A stretch of DNA of 63,752 nt, the filler included, from Lenisia limosa (Eukaryota > Protista > Breviatea), in the NCBI GenBank assembly GCA_001655205.1. It is 11 parts of 11 records of this genome, joined end to end, with 100 filler letters (N's around TTAATTAATTAA, not from the genome) between each part and the next. Parts side by side here need not be neighbours in the genome. Positions count along the whole stretch, not along the records: positions 5,618 to 28,788 come from LPNZ01008103.1; positions 28,889 to 38,828 come from LPNZ01006541.1; positions 38,929 to 42,251 come from LPNZ01005437.1; 8 more parts are not named here. One strand, 5' to 3'. The notes beneath the pieces were generated by a model that made no database searches, had not been told where the DNA came from, and worked only from the letters and a program-made list of their open reading frames with translations. How positions within the stretch are numbered: the stretch's first letter is position 1; every line of letters begins with the position of its first letter. Positions 25,801 to 41,692 of this stretch are shown piece by piece. Both the position numbers and the translations under genes were made by a program.

Positions 25801-28666
25801 TTAACAATATTAGAGTCAATTATGATGTGATATAACACCACACACTCATTACGCGAACGTCACTGCCCTTCTCTGTTGTAAGGTATGCCGTACAGCCAAG
25901 ATGCACATTGCTTGTGTAAACTTTGAAGGTATGCTTGAGGAATGTAAGAATACAATGGTTGAAACTAAGTTGACCAATATCGGTATTGCAGCTCGTAATG
26001 CGTTAACAAGAGCCTACAGAAAGTAAAGAAGAGGCGCAGGTCTGTTTGGTAGTCAGGTAGGGACTGTGGTTGACATAGCACCTTCAGAGTTAATATGGTA
26101 TAATATACTATACTAATACATTTAAGATTAGAATCACGCTTTATTTAACAACAAAGGCCTACTCGGAGGTGATACAAAGATGGCTCAACATCGGAGGCGT
26201 GAAGATGTTATTGCTGAGGTCGAATGCCACATCGTATGATCCAGAAAACGTGATATTGTCAAAGGTGGGGGTGGGCAGAGCCTCAGCTGAGGGGTAGTCC
26301 AAAGGAATCTGGTACAGTAAGATGGAATCAAATGGTACTTTTCAGCAAAAAATTGCTTAGGTATGACCCCGGTCAGGGTGGTCATATATTCATATAACAA
26401 TATATATCAAATATGAGACACTATTTAAATAAGTTGTTCAATGGGGGAGAGGGGGGGGGGGTCNNNNNNNNNNNNNNNNNNNNNNNNNNNNNNNNNNNNN
26501 NNNNNNNNNNNNNNNNNNNNNNNNNNNNNNNNNNNNNNNNNNNNNNNNNNNNNNNNNNNNNNNNNNNNNNNNNNNNNNNCGCCAACCCACTTCGATGTCG
26601 GCATAAGCGTATTTGTTGTTGTCAAATCGGTACATAGTCTGAAATGTTAGAATATCCAGAGATAATTGGTTTAACAACATGGGAGCAACTATGTTTAAAT
26701 GTAATTAAAAATATACTATATTTTGAAAGTTTCCAAAAGACATGTTACCGCATAGCTCCAATGCATAATATTCACTGTACATAGCAGTCCAACTCACCGC
26801 CACTCGGATGTAAGATCCATAGAATGTTGGGTTGCAGGTCATGGCTTGTGTAACAACAGAGTCCAAAGTCACCTGGAGAGTATACTCTGAATGTTTACAC
26901 TATCAAAACAAACAATCGTTTCACATGCCACTATACAAATAAAAGATAGGCCGCGGGGGGAGGGTAGATAACAGGTGTGGAGATGCATAATAGTTAAGGT
27001 GAATAATGGATGATGGATGGGAAAAAATAACACCAGCAAACCGGTATTCGTGGGCGCGGTAGGGTCAAATGATAGTGAGGCTGATTTGTACTTAACATTT
27101 GTTTCGCAATTGGCGTGGAAATCCGCCTGGCAAGGTTAACATTCAATAAGGGTAACATGGGTTTTAATCAGATGATGATGGTGATTAGATTTCAAAACCT
27201 TCAAAAAAGGCTATTATATTATATGCTAACAACCTTGATACTCGTTGGTGGTGTGAGGCCACCCCCGTTATAGTACTCAGCGGGAACCTAGAAAAGTTAC
27301 AATCGCTTTGAGGATTGAAAGGGGGAAGGGGAGAAATAACCACGAAATCCTACATCACATTACTCCTCCAACAGTGAAGGTAAGACTGAGCATATCGTCA
27401 TCCGAAGAATACGAGCCAATTGGGTTGATAATATCCACTAAATTATTAGACTCAAGTATTCGTCAACAGAAGATGTGGCCCAATGGGAAACGCACCAATG
27501 AATGGTATATTTTGGAAAGGAGAATGTTGGCCGAGTTCTTTGGAATTTGTTTCAATTTAATAATACACAACTACATAGTTCTAAGAATACGACGGAATAT
27601 CGATTGTAGTATTACATACAGCCCTTCAAATACTTCACCATAAAAAACCGGAGTCCGCTTAAATTTTGTTTACAAAATAATGTAATTATTGTTCTGGGGT
27701 GGACAAATGTATATTTTTGAGTTTAATCGTCCGTGAGATTATTAGCTGAATTCCTCTATAAGGCACAGTAATGTCTCTGTTTTACAGCACTTTGTGAAAT
27801 CATCATCTAAAATAATGGAATTAACCCTTTTTATGGGTGATTTTAGACTTAATAAACTAGATTTCTTCTAATGTTCCACGATAAAGCAGACGAAGTTCCC
27901 AAATACATTGTTTTCTCAATTTAATTGGACTCCGGCTTTAATATCAAGATAATAATTATTGTTTAATTGACTATGACCCCCCCCCATACCAGGTCGACAC
28001 TCACGACTCTGTACTTGCAGATTGCTGAAACCACCGTAAGTGTTGCAATATCCCTCCGCACGCGGGTTGGCGGGGACTCCGTAGCCATTGCGGCATCTGA
28101 GGGCGGGGGTGAGGGTGAATGAAGCTGCATCCTGATAACCAATCTCAGACAAGACAATTGCTGATACAAAATAGCTCTTCCAAAGCTCTTCTAATTAATT
28201 GCACTTAAATATTTCAATAAAAAAATCAGAAATCATGTCATGACCAGTTCTTGAAAAAGGAATGTGTCAGGTATTCGGCGAAACTCAATGGAATACCCGA
28301 AGGTAGTCAGCATAGTAATTATTTCGCGATTTTTCCGTTGTTTTATTTACTTGTCAGCTTTATATAGTACTATGCATAATAAGAGGGGGTTGTCCGCGTG
28401 TTATTTCTCTCTAAACCCAGCCAACTCAAGTTCACAAGCATCCGAATAGAATGGACATTGAGTTAGGTTGTAGTAGTAGTCATATGTACCATCTATATCG
28501 GGTGGAGAGGAGCAAATAACTAAACAGAAGTTAAAAAGGTACACCTCATCAATTTTATAAGGCTTCAAAGCTGTTTCTTGAACAATTTCTCACATTTAGC
28601 GTCAGCAATAATGCCAACCAACACTACCACTGCCAGAAGCAGGGTGTGACGAGAGTAAGGTCTCAT
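19883..28666 (-). CDS. Large type I membrane protein: signal peptide, beta-rich/PKD-like ectodomain, REJ-like domain, possible GPS-like region, single TM helix, short tail
   Basis: Start MRPYSRHTLLLAVVVLVGIIADA at 28666; many small exons; VTYSWECG; DSNPADLDAPQ|WLCNNINCP; 413-aa exon with ITPVSGNAGFTNFTTSCS..YTLTYRL (REJ-like); GCKTVPLFASFL; TM GLGSIIAISAIVVAAFVCC; stop at 19883-85. Confidence 0.7.
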
Positions 28667-28888
28667 ATTCAACTTTATATAGTTTATTTTCTGCAGCTCT
28701 GATTGATATAAAGATAGAAATAGATAAATAGAAGCTTAGAACCAGACAATAGAGGATGGTAGAGGAAATAGAGGATTGTAAGAGCGCGNNNNNNNNNNNN
28801 NNNNNNNNNNNNNNNNNNNNNNNNNNNNNNNNTTAATTAATTAANNNNNNNNNNNNNNNNNNNNNNNNNNNNNNNNNNNNNNNNNNNN

Positions 28889-31800
28889 CCCCGCCGCTTT
28901 ATTTGGATCGACCTGTCAGCAGGGCCCTTCAACTTCGGTCCTGCCACCCTAGGCGAGGGCTTTGTGGGACATGAGAGGTGGGCCCAATGTGAGGGCATAT
29001 GATATCCAATAGCTTGGCTCTTTTCGAGTTTTCTTCAAACTGTCATTAAAATATGGATATCATACACCAATTTTTAAACGAGTGGATAGTAAGGTCAACG
29101 CCAATGTATGAGAGTGATGTTTGATCTGTTGTTAATCTATTTGAACTCTTTTTGAAAAAACTCTTTGCTGTCATCTTTCACACTCATACTTTTAGTCTGC
29201 TGACAATAGATCACATGATCAAACGGAAGGCCAAATCGGACGAAATCGCAGCGGCGCTGGCAGCCCTGGTTTTCCGCCTCACCCAGCATGTACTGACACC
29301 CCCTGTGCTGAACATTCCCGTTCCATATGGTCAGCTGCTGATGGAAGAAATAAAAGAAATCATATGTAGTGTAATCGTTAAACGGAAAACTGTATATGAT
29401 ATGATCCCATGTAGCATTGCACTCTATTAAAATGCAGTAAACTACTGTTGCTATTAATAAATACTCTTGTCGATATAAAAGCCATTTGCCCGGTAACTCT
29501 CTCAGCCCCTTCTGTCGCCTTTGTGCTCATTGAGATCACTGACGGGCCTATCGACTCTTCCGAGCACCTTAACTGGGACAATATCAAGGTTAGAGGGCAC
29601 CTCAACTGGGACAATATCAAGGTTGGAGGATACTTCTCTTCGTATCCTCAACAACCATTATGTTAAAAGAATGTATAAATATGACAGCGTACACTTGTCA
29701 ACTTCTTCGGTATAATTTGCCACATTGTGATCTCATTAGGACCAAGTTGCTAATATGAAGGTAGCCAACCAAGACTTCCACTTCCCCCGAAAAGGTGGGG
29801 ATAATAACCAAAACAACTCAACATTTTTGCTTCACCCATGGGTCTGACATGGTAGTTCTCAGCACATCAACCTGTGACGCATGTGCCGCGCTCTATGGTC
29901 TCTCAATTAAGGTACGCTATGCCACAGAAAGGAATTCTTGGATTGGATATAGTATATAATTTTTTCGTTGTTGGATTGACAGGGCCCAAGCAAACGGTAT
30001 CAAGACCAATCGATCTCTCTTTCACCCCCACAGCACCCCAATCGATCCCGCTTTCACCCCCACAGCACCACACCTCTACAGTCATGGACGACAGCCCCTC
30101 GGGTTCGGCTAGCACCACAGCAGTCATGCACCCATACATTGACGGCGATGAGGCTGCCGAAGCGGTTCGTCGTCTCATGCCCACGTTGCTGAGAGGTTGG
30201 GGTATATGCTATTTCCAGAGGGAAGGGGAGAATTGATATGAAAACGGTTCCCTTCCATAACCCTCCAGAAACAGGCCTGTCATTCCCACACGACACGAGA
30301 ATAGTCCCCGTTATCATCTTCACCCTCGCCACTTCCGAGGTCGTCCTGATTGACCGATTCCACCAGGTGGGGGAACCCCAACATCGCGACGTAGCGCGTT
30401 TTGTTCTGGAATATGAACAGTCTTCACCTCATGCAACTAATGCAAACAGGCGAAGGCCTATGGAGACCTCGTCATTGGGTCGCATACGGCTACTGGCGAT
30501 ATCTACCTTGATTACCAGTGGGGGGTATCATCACCAACATATATATGAATAACAGTTGAAAGAGTTGTGGACAGGATATTGGTTGTAAGGGATGTGGACA
30601 GAATATTGGTTGTAAGGGATGTGGACAGAATATTGGTAAGGGATGTGGACAGGATATTGATTCATCCCCCCAGTTGCCAATCTTCCTCCATCGTTATTGA
30701 CACGACCGAGGCCACTCGACCGGTTCTTGCAGCCATGCTCGAGGCTGGATGGGGCGTAACACCCACTCACCAGGTCGGGGGGGGGGGGTATNNNNNNNNN
30801 NNNNNNNNNNNNNNNNNNNNNNNNNNNNNNNNNNNNNNNNNNNNNNNNNNNNNNNNNNNNNNNNNNNNNNNNNNNNNNNNNNNNNNNNNNNNNNNNNNNN
30901 NNNNNNNNNNNNNNNNNNNTGTTGCATCATCCCTTATTGCGCATCTTCCCTTCTTACGCAGTAGACGTGGTCAAGGGCCCACAACAGGGTGATTGATGAC
31001 TTCCTCTTCTGTGGGGGGTGTAGTGATTGATGACTTCCTCTTCTGTGGGGTGTAGTGATTGATGACTTCCTCTTCTGTGGGGTGTAGTGCCCTATTACCT
31101 CAATGATAAACAAATTTGGATAGCTTTGAAAACTGTGGATTGATAACACCTTTTGTCTCGCATTGTTATACACTGTCTATATGACAGGCTTTGAGATTTC
31201 CCATCATGTTGGAATTTATTGATCTTTCTGATAACTCTGCAGCAATGTCAAACACGCCATTTGGGCCATTTTCAAGTTCCGCTGCCACGTCGTTTGCCTT
31301 GAAGGTCTGGCAAATAATGAGAATTACCATTTCTAATGGATAGCGTTACCATCTTGTATACCCTATATCGTTTCTTTTGTTATATTATGGTACTATATGA
31401 TAGTAATATCATATGATATGTCACTAGGGCTTCACTTTGGTTAAAAAAGTTTTCGACGATTTTTCGATAAATTCCGTCTTTTTTCGAACCGAAGTGAAGC
31501 CCCCCTATTTGTTACCCTTTCTTTTCTCAGGATTTGTTTTGGTATTGGCTTGTGAAAGCATAGTTTCAGACCAAGTGCTTCCGTGGAACAGTAGAGAGTT
31601 AGTCGTTGATATTTCCCTCGTTTCACTCATCAAAATTTCCTTCATTTTACCCTCCCCTCCCCCAGGACACAGGAAGGCGGCATTTGGTGTACTCGCAGCT
31701 TATTGAAACCTCCGTCGCAGCGGCCTCGCTTGTCAAGAGCTTTGATGTGGGTGTTGAGGTGTTTGATGTGTGGGTAATGGCGATGTATTGAATAGAGGGA

Positions 31801-32512
31801 GAGGGGGGGGGGTCATCAATCTGTGTTTGGCTTGACCCTTGGCAGGAATTCGGCATAGGTATCCACGAGGTATTGACCGCTAAAGAGCATGCAGAGTTCA
31901 CCAGGAGATGGAACGTGCTTCAGTTCAAACTGTCGCAGGCCGGTACCAACCTTGGGGTTTCAGCTATCAACCCTGCCTTCTACTTCGTGGGGAGGGGGGG
32001 TCTCTTATTCATGTGACGGATATGCCCTTATTCATTTGACGGATATGCTCAGGCCAAGTCAGCAGCCCATGACATCCTTGCACTGCACCGCTTATTTGAC
32101 GTTGCCGCCTCGCGCGTCACATCCAGCCGTGTGTGGACTGACCCTGAGGTGGGGATTTGGTACTCTGCTTCTTAACACCCAAAAATAGTATTTAGTGATG
32201 GGATGCGGGGCTGCAGAAGCTACTGGCCTGAGCTTTGTTTTTTTGTTGTTATCAACCCTCGTGTGCTGTCGACCACTTGTGGGCTTTTTTGTTTCATAAA
32301 TTTTCCAACTTTACCCCCCCCCCNNNNNNNNNNNNNNNNNNNNNNNNNNNNNNNNNNNNNNNNNNNNNNNNNNNNNNNNNNNNNNNNNNNNNNNNNNNNN
32401 NNNNNNNNNNNTGATGGCCCTCATTATAGACGCTTTCCTGCTGCTTGTCTACCTCTTGTGGCGGCGCTATAAGGACGACCAGCGCACCGTCAGGAATAAG
32501 AAGTTCGAATAG
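28889..32512 (+). CDS. Conserved uncharacterised C-terminally anchored protein resembling the plant At3g28720-like family; 5' end missing
   Basis: RFIWIDLSAGPFNFGP..GEG; IVPVIIFTL..VVLIDRFHQAKAYGDLVIG; RPVLAAMLEAGWGVTPTH; TWSRAHN..DDFLFSMSNTPFGPFS..SF..KDTGRRH; FTRRWNVLQFKL; TM segment then RNKKFE*. Confidence 0.7.
30568..30660. repeat. ~27-bp minisatellite, intronic
   Basis: TGGACAG(G/A)ATATTGGTTGTAAGGGATG, about 3.5 copies. Confidence 0.9.
30989..31087. repeat. 32-34-bp tandem repeat, 3 copies, containing an exon end and donor site
   Basis: GTGATTGATGACTTCCTCTTCT|GTGGGGTGTA units. Confidence 0.9.
31425..31507. mobile_element. Family B MITE, intronic
   Basis: TAGGGCTTCACTTTGGTTAAAAAA ... 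TTTTTCGAACCGAAGTGAAGCCC. Confidence 0.85.
32188..32323 (+). mobile_element. Family A introner-like copy in a late intron of the At3g28720-like gene
   Basis: AGTGATGGGATGCGGGGCTGCAGAAGCTACTGGCCTGAGCTTTG...TTTACCCCCCCCC then gap; sense orientation to the host gene. Confidence 0.8.
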
Positions 32513-32837
32513 ACCGCTTCCACCCCCACCCCCAAAAGCCTAAAGTGATGTTAGCTTATTGGGAATACATGTTTCTTTTTCTTTTTTGGCAGTAGTCTCT
32601 ATTGAAACTAGGAACATAGAGATTCAGCGGTTGACTACACAACAGAAACTTTTCTATGCACTTGATAGCTTGTCCAAATACGTTTTTCAATGACTGCTAA
32701 AACCAAACTGGTGTGCCGAAATGCCGTTCAAGGAAGGTCGTTTTTTGCAGAAGAGCTGGACCCTGATCGTCGATGAAACAATTCTACTAATACTATATAC
32801 ATTGAAAATCAACACGAAAATAACGAAGAAACACCCG

Positions 32838-35800
32838 TCACATCTCATCAATGGCCGCAATGATAACCCGTAAGTGTTCTTCGGACGCGTTGGTGGTGAG
32901 GAGAGCACCTGTCTCTTCTCGCACCGTTTTCAGCATCTTATGGTCCTTAAATTCAACCTGGGGTAATGAATTGTTTAAACACACACATATATATTATATA
33001 TATACATGGGTACTCATAATAAATTCAAAAGATATCAATAATAAAAAAAAAAAATTTATTGTAAGATCCTCAGGTTATAGAATCGAGAATAATCACAATA
33101 ATATAAAAGTGAATGATCATATTGCATTTTCAAAACAATATTGAACAATACAAGCGAGCCTCACTAATTGTGCCTTGAAAGTGTCCATATTGGAGACGAA
33201 GAACTGGGCCTGACACAAATTGAAAAGCTCAATCTCTGAAATGCCTTTGTCGTTCGGATGCTTCAGTCTGAGTTCTGCTATAAGCCTGGGGAATAAAGGA
33301 AACAAGCAAACCACTTCCTCTACTTCACAGATGTCATTTCAATATCTCCGCTACACCGTTCCATCCCCTCTGACTTGAAGATTTTCCGTCCGTTGGGTGT
33401 GAGGGACATGAGAACATATTCCATTGCCTTGGCGCTAGTGCGGTCTGAGGGGTCATAAAACTAAATAAAAGCACTTTCGAATTGGTGGAGGAATGAATGC
33501 AATCAATCATTAACAATTTAAAGCATCAAATGCAAGATGTTGTACATCAGTAAAATAATGCAATATTATTGCCCAATTAGAGTCCCACAAGTTGGCCAAA
33601 CAAGTACATCAATTACCCCACTTTGGGCAGATTTCGGCTGAAAGGTCTCGTGATAGGCCATTTCAAGGTCATAGGGTCGGAACGTGGGTGTGCTGATATA
33701 AAATGGCTTCACCGCATATCGTTGATCGGGTGTCCACACTGCAAGGGGAGGGGGGGGGATGAGCAACAAACAAAGAAGTTCATTTACCCCAAAAACATCA
33801 TCATTGAGTATCACGCTACACAGTGCCATGAAATATGAATTGAAAAGTAGTAACATGGCCAGCTTTCAAGTTGAAAAGATGAAAGCAATGTCATGTGCGA
33901 TCATCTAATCAGAATGCCCCACAAACACAAGTGGGCGTTGGCATGGTCAAAAGAAACAAAAGCTGTTACCCTCGGCAGTGCCAGTATTTCGACAAAAAGC
34001 TGCTGACTTGCTGTGTTCCTGAGCTGTGAGGGTTTCAAATCACATGCTCTTAGTTCACGATCACCATTCCCTACGCCACCTCAGCTCAGGACCGTCTAGG
34101 TTGTGGAAGTTGAAGTGGAAGTGGTGTTTCGTTCCTCTGAGTTGGTGAGGGCTGGAACATATAATATCTAGCAATGAGAAATAAAAAATAAGGATGCATC
34201 TGGCCGAAGCCGTCCACACCATCACACGTATAAAAGATATTGGATTATAGTATAATATTAATTCACCCAATCATTTGCCTTACAACTCTGTGCACACAGA
34301 TACATATTATATAAAAAGGGATAAATGATAGTAGCCACTTCTGGGAAATCGCCAGTATCATTTAAGGTATACTACATCATACTGCGAAGGCAATCATGTG
34401 TGTTGGTCATGATAATGCCAAGAGATTATAACTCAAAATACATCCAAAAGCTACCCACATCTTGGTCCCTCCCGTCAATTTCGCAATCTCCTCCCTTATG
34501 ACTTGAAGGAGTTTTGCTGCCGTTCCAACTCGCACAGTGACACCAAGACTCTCATAGGCAAGAGTCTCAAGTCCCTGGAGATAAACAATATGTACACAAT
34601 GACCAAAATTAGACCAGGACCTTTTCAGTCCCTTCGAATGGGATTAGGGGTTAGCCCGGCGGCTCACCGATTTGATGCTGCAGGTGGGATGGTAGCCGTC
34701 AACGTTTATGATGCCGGCTTGATTCAGTCAATTATCAAGTCATGACCAGTCAAATAAAAGAGGGTTGACAAATCGACCCTCCCACCTTTGGGAGAAATGC
34801 TCTCGATGAGGTCACATAACAGATTCCGTTTTGAGCCGAGTCCATAGAATACGGGACATGCTCCGACCCTGTCATTGTTAAAGCCCTCGGGATCAGTCTC
34901 ACTCTCACATTTATAAGATTCAATCAAGTTGTGTTTATGATATCATATATCCAAGTATGCAGCAAAAATAGTGGTGCTTTTCCAAGCGCCATTTGTTAGT
35001 ATGTGGCACCCACAATAGTACTTCTATCTTGTGACTATACCCCCATACTGCAGGGCCTGGGCGCACACCGCCTTGAGGTAAGTGAAGGGGAAGGGGTATG
35101 CCTCATCTTTGGTCACTTCACACAGGTCTGTGAAGGGCTTGGCATATGTCTGCAAAGTGTCAGGAATAGATCAGACAAACCCCAAATGGGCTCTAGTCGT
35201 ACCATTTCCGTTTCTCTGAGCTCTTCCAAATTCGGCATTTCGCGGCCGCTGAGGTGGAAAGTCGTTGCAGGATCCTCGTACATTCGGTCGGGGTGTGAAG
35301 GGACGTTCCTGTCGGTGGTCAATGACACTTTTCTAAAACTCTGTTTCAGTATCATAAAAATATCTACATGCAACTCTAGTTTAATAAAAAAAGTTCAGCT
35401 TGACTCCTGGTAGCATCCATCATGGCCACGTTTGTGACTAGGGCTTCCCTTTGGTTCCAAAAAATACTGATTTTCTCGATAAATCCTCGATAAATATCGA
35501 TATTTTACCGGTCTTTTTCGGACCGTAGGGAAGCCCTATTTGTGACAGATAAATGCACTTCATTTCTCTCATAAACAGTGTAGCAAAACCCCACCACAAA
35601 GGAACACATGAGAAATTCCCTCATGATTTGGAAAAAAAGGTGAATAACTGATTATAATGGACTTGCCACTCCACAATAAACAATACACCCCCCCACTCCA
35701 CAGCCGATAAATGGCTTGGCACAAGACCCTTGAGAGGAAGGCCGAGATCCATGACAATGCCTGGGGGTCAGCGGAAAAACCAGGGACAACAGATTGCATA

Positions 35801-36129
35801 AATAACTATTTCATGAGTAGGTATTCTACGACAAAGCTACAAAAAAAGGCTGCATCTGAGTATGACATCAATAGTTCTCACATAGTAGCCTACTCTTCTT
35901 GGCCACTTTAGCCAGCTTATCCGATTTGGACGTTATGTCAAGATCGTCGTCCAGAGATGGGCAATACATCGACTGGTATTGTAAGAACAGAGGCAGGCTG
36001 TCCTATGGAACACAAGAATTCTTCAAAATTAGAAGGTGCCATAAAACTCGAAAGAAGCCCTTTTAATCCATCAAACTTTGAAGAAGCTGGAGTTTGGGTC
36101 ACTCTCCTTTTCGGCTTCGTAGGGACCAT
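32838..36129 (-). CDS. ORC2: Origin recognition complex subunit 2, multi-exon; N-terminal exons tentative
   Basis: VFYGLGSKRNLL; INVDGYHPTCSIKS; FHNLDGPELR; FVSFDHANAHLWT; TPTFRPYDLE; YVLMSLTPNGRKIF; LFNLCQAQFFVSNMDTFKAQLVEFKDHKML. Confidence 0.9.
34199..34299 (-). repeat. Family C copy in an ORC2 intron, just upstream of the 3' splice site
   Basis: Reverse strand: TGTGCACAGAGTTGTAAGGCAAATGATTGGGTGAAT...GTGGACGGCTTCGGCCAGAT. Confidence 0.85.
35439..35538. mobile_element. Family B MITE with TA at both ends
   Basis: TAGGGCTTCCCTTTGGTTCCAAAAAA ... TTTTTCGGACCGTAGGGAAGCCCTA. Confidence 0.85.
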
Positions 36130-36546
36130 TGGGGATCCACTTCATTACCTTGACTATTGGGGGCAGGGTAAAATTGGAAAATTTATTAAACAAAAAAAAA
36201 GCCCGAAATCAACTCCAGGGGGGCAAATGGAAAATTTATCTCATAAATCTAGGTGGTAAAGAGATATTTTGGAAGAGGAGAAGCGTAGAGTCAAGAAAAA
36301 GAATAGCGTACAAAGGTCATCAACAACTTCGAAGAATAACAACAAACTGATGGCTTTTGTATTGCTCACTCACTTTTCTTCTGTTTCTTCTTTGATGGAG
36401 CCTAAAGAAATTAGAAGGATCACTTTTTTTCACAATCAAATTGGGGACAACTACATATCATATCGTTTTCCAATCATAGTATTACCCATTATTGACATAA
36501 CCATAAATATGTTATTTATAATCATCCATTCATCATGACACATTTC

Positions 36547-38700
36547 CTATTCAAAGCCACCAACGGAGTAGGCGGCCGGGAGGGTGTTTTGCGGCCGTTT
36601 ATTGCGTGCAAGGCTCTTAATACGCAAATCCTGGACTACGTTACTTGGTGGTTGGGGAATAAGCCATGTATGATACAGTTATCTGCAGCTCTGCAGTGAA
36701 GTATCTGGATCAAAACTAGCTGCGCATGCATTAATGAAAGCAGCTCCCCACACACCGTCTCATTTTTGAGCCTTTCAGCGAAGTGGTCTGAGTATGACTC
36801 ATCATCTGTTGGATTAAAATGGAATTGAGAGGACAACCATTTTAATTATTCAAAACAACTGATGCATTTCCCCCCAAAATGAAATTCGCCTCTAACTAGC
36901 GTGGAAGGCTGTTTTGGGGTTCGCTTTGCTGTAGTTTGTCGCTCTAAAAAGGCAATAAAACTGAGTGTACAACTAAACTAATATAACAATGTCAAATGGC
37001 AAGACTCTCACGATATAGAACATAGATCGTATTATCAATATCAAAAAAACGCCACGCAGCATACTCAGGGATGTCAATGTGGTCCGGTACGAGGTCTCGA
37101 CAATAGGGGACACTGAAAACCTCAAACATGTGCTCGAAATTATGGAGGCGGTTATCTTTCCCCTCGAAGGCTGCGGACAAGGATCAATAAAAGAGTTCTT
37201 CTTTCTTCTTGAGAAACTTCTTAGCTTTCAACTAAGTACTTAGCCAGAGGAAGGCGCCTTAGAGGAAGGAAAAGGAAGAGGAGGGGGAGAGGTCAGCGAT
37301 TGTTGGACAGAGACGAGGGTTTGAGGATTCTTTGTCCCCTATATAATTTAGATTTTGTATTTTCTTTAACACAACAGCGCAGCAGGTAACGGGAAGCAGG
37401 CCCAAGCTCATTGGACAGGGACTTAAATATATAATTTACATGGGTGGTATTATGGATAGATGTCTTGGCAACTTCAGACGATAACGATGGACCCCCCAAA
37501 ATCTCCCCTGTCGCTCGGAGCCCCTGGAGGATACAGGATACAGGTGGACAAACTTGAGGCTTGCGGAGAACAACCTGTCCATCAAACAATACTGATCTGC
37601 TGCTGGTGAATTGCACAGTGAAATAATGACGTGGCTTCCCTTGTGCATTGTGCTTGTCTTAGTTAGGTTGGCAGAGTACTGATTGTATCAGTTAGCATTA
37701 GTGCAATTGCATAACTCTTTTTTGGATATTACATTCCGTAATGATGTAGTTACTATATCAAATTTTGGCCCCCTTTATCTAAACAGAATATCAACATTCA
37801 CCTCCTAGCTCGGCCTATGCCCAGTTTTCGATGGGCACTACTGGGCGTCTCACTGGCGAATTCCAAGTTTCAGCCCATCCTTTCGCACCCGTAGTGAAGG
37901 TCTGAGGGTGTCCATTGTGGCCGATTATGTTCAGTGTGGAACTGCTTTTTGAAGGAATTATATGAACCCAGCCACAGATATAAAGCGGCTCAGTTACATA
38001 ATGGAAAATATAAGGCAACGTCTGAAACGACGATCACACGCCTGTGCTCCAACTCTTTTCATTATTTAAGGGCGAGTACCAATTCAGTGCCATGGAAGCT
38101 GGTAAGACGGGTCACCTGGAATTGCTCTCGGCCCTTGCCTTCTCATACATTTATCTTATTATGTTTTCTTTATTTGGAGGTTTTGGTTATAGATTGTGAG
38201 TTGCCTTGAATTTAACCCATGAAAAATTCCTTCGGTTCACCCCGATCCATATGACTTTACCCCCCTCGCAGTTATGTCAGTTGGTGTCATTGGCCAGGTA
38301 CCAGGCCGACCATATGGCCGACTGGATATCACTTCTATGCCCAGAACGGCGGACGCTTTTATCAAGGTGGGGTAAATTTTCCAAGTAGTATACTTTGTCT
38401 CTTTCAAATTCTTGCTCTCTCATAAAATGGGCAATAATTTGTAACAGAGTATATCGATTAATAAGAAGTCTTTTGGACCAAGTCCCTAATGGAGTGCAGT
38501 TCACCTCCACCGATTTCGGAGTGTGTACAGTTTCATTAGATGGGGTCACTGAAAATGAGTTTGCTCCATATTGTAGCACAACTGCCCAGACCAACATTCA
38601 GGTTTGTTTGGACGGCTTAAGATTAACACTCTTTTTCTGTAACCTTATGCTGTTCAATTTTATTGTTCATATCGAACTTACTGGCCTTCATTTGTCAAAG
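36547..38700 (-). CDS. Unidentified multi-exon gene, 3' part
   Basis: Exons bounded by GT-AG: VLQYGANSFSVTPSNETVHTPKSVE; QEFERDKVYYLENLPHLDK..IWSAW; AFEGKDNRLHNFEHMFE; DDESYSDHFAERLKNE; DLRIKSLARNKRPQNTLPAAYSVGGFE*. Confidence 0.45.
37489..37537 (-). repeat. Family D copy
   Basis: GGACCCCCCAAAATCTCCCC...GCTCGGAGCCCCTGGAGGATACAGG. Confidence 0.75.
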
Positions 38701-38928
38701 AGGCTTGAAGTATTATCATGTTTATATATTAAATATTATCAATATTTTATTATTTCCTATATCGACATACTATATATATGCTAGGCAACCTAAACTCCGT
38801 ATTTTATTCAAAACTCCGTATTCTATTANNNNNNNNNNNNNNNNNNNNNNNNNNNNNNNNNNNNNNNNNNNNTTAATTAATTAANNNNNNNNNNNNNNNN
38901 NNNNNNNNNNNNNNNNNNNNNNNNNNNN

Positions 38929-41326
<2,398 letters not shown>

Positions 41327-41692
41327 TGTTGCACCAGAGAAGATGCACTCATTCACGGGGTAACTTCAACTTAGGCTAATTGAAAAGGTTTATTGGATAT
41401 ATATACAATTCTTTTCTTTCTCTTCTTCTTTCAATTTGCCCAAAAGCCCAAAAAACCAAAGAAGAGAATTACGGCAGCGTAGTATTGATGGATCCGGCAG
41501 TGTTTGCATGTTTAGTTGGTTTTAGTTTCTTCGTTACTAGTTCGTTACAGCAGCTGATATTGTTTGTGGTTGAAATTTTGGAGTAACGTGGCCCACTGGG
41601 TCCCATTTCCCTTTCCTTCTTCTCGGAAGCGGTTCTTCATGGATATTTATTAATTAAACCGAAAGGAAGTGTCAAATTTGGCACGAGTAGCA

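Noticed and set aside
8062-31087. Short tandem repeats as CRISPR arrays
   Set aside because: Units are contiguous with no unique spacers, the context is eukaryotic and intronic, and no cas genes are present.
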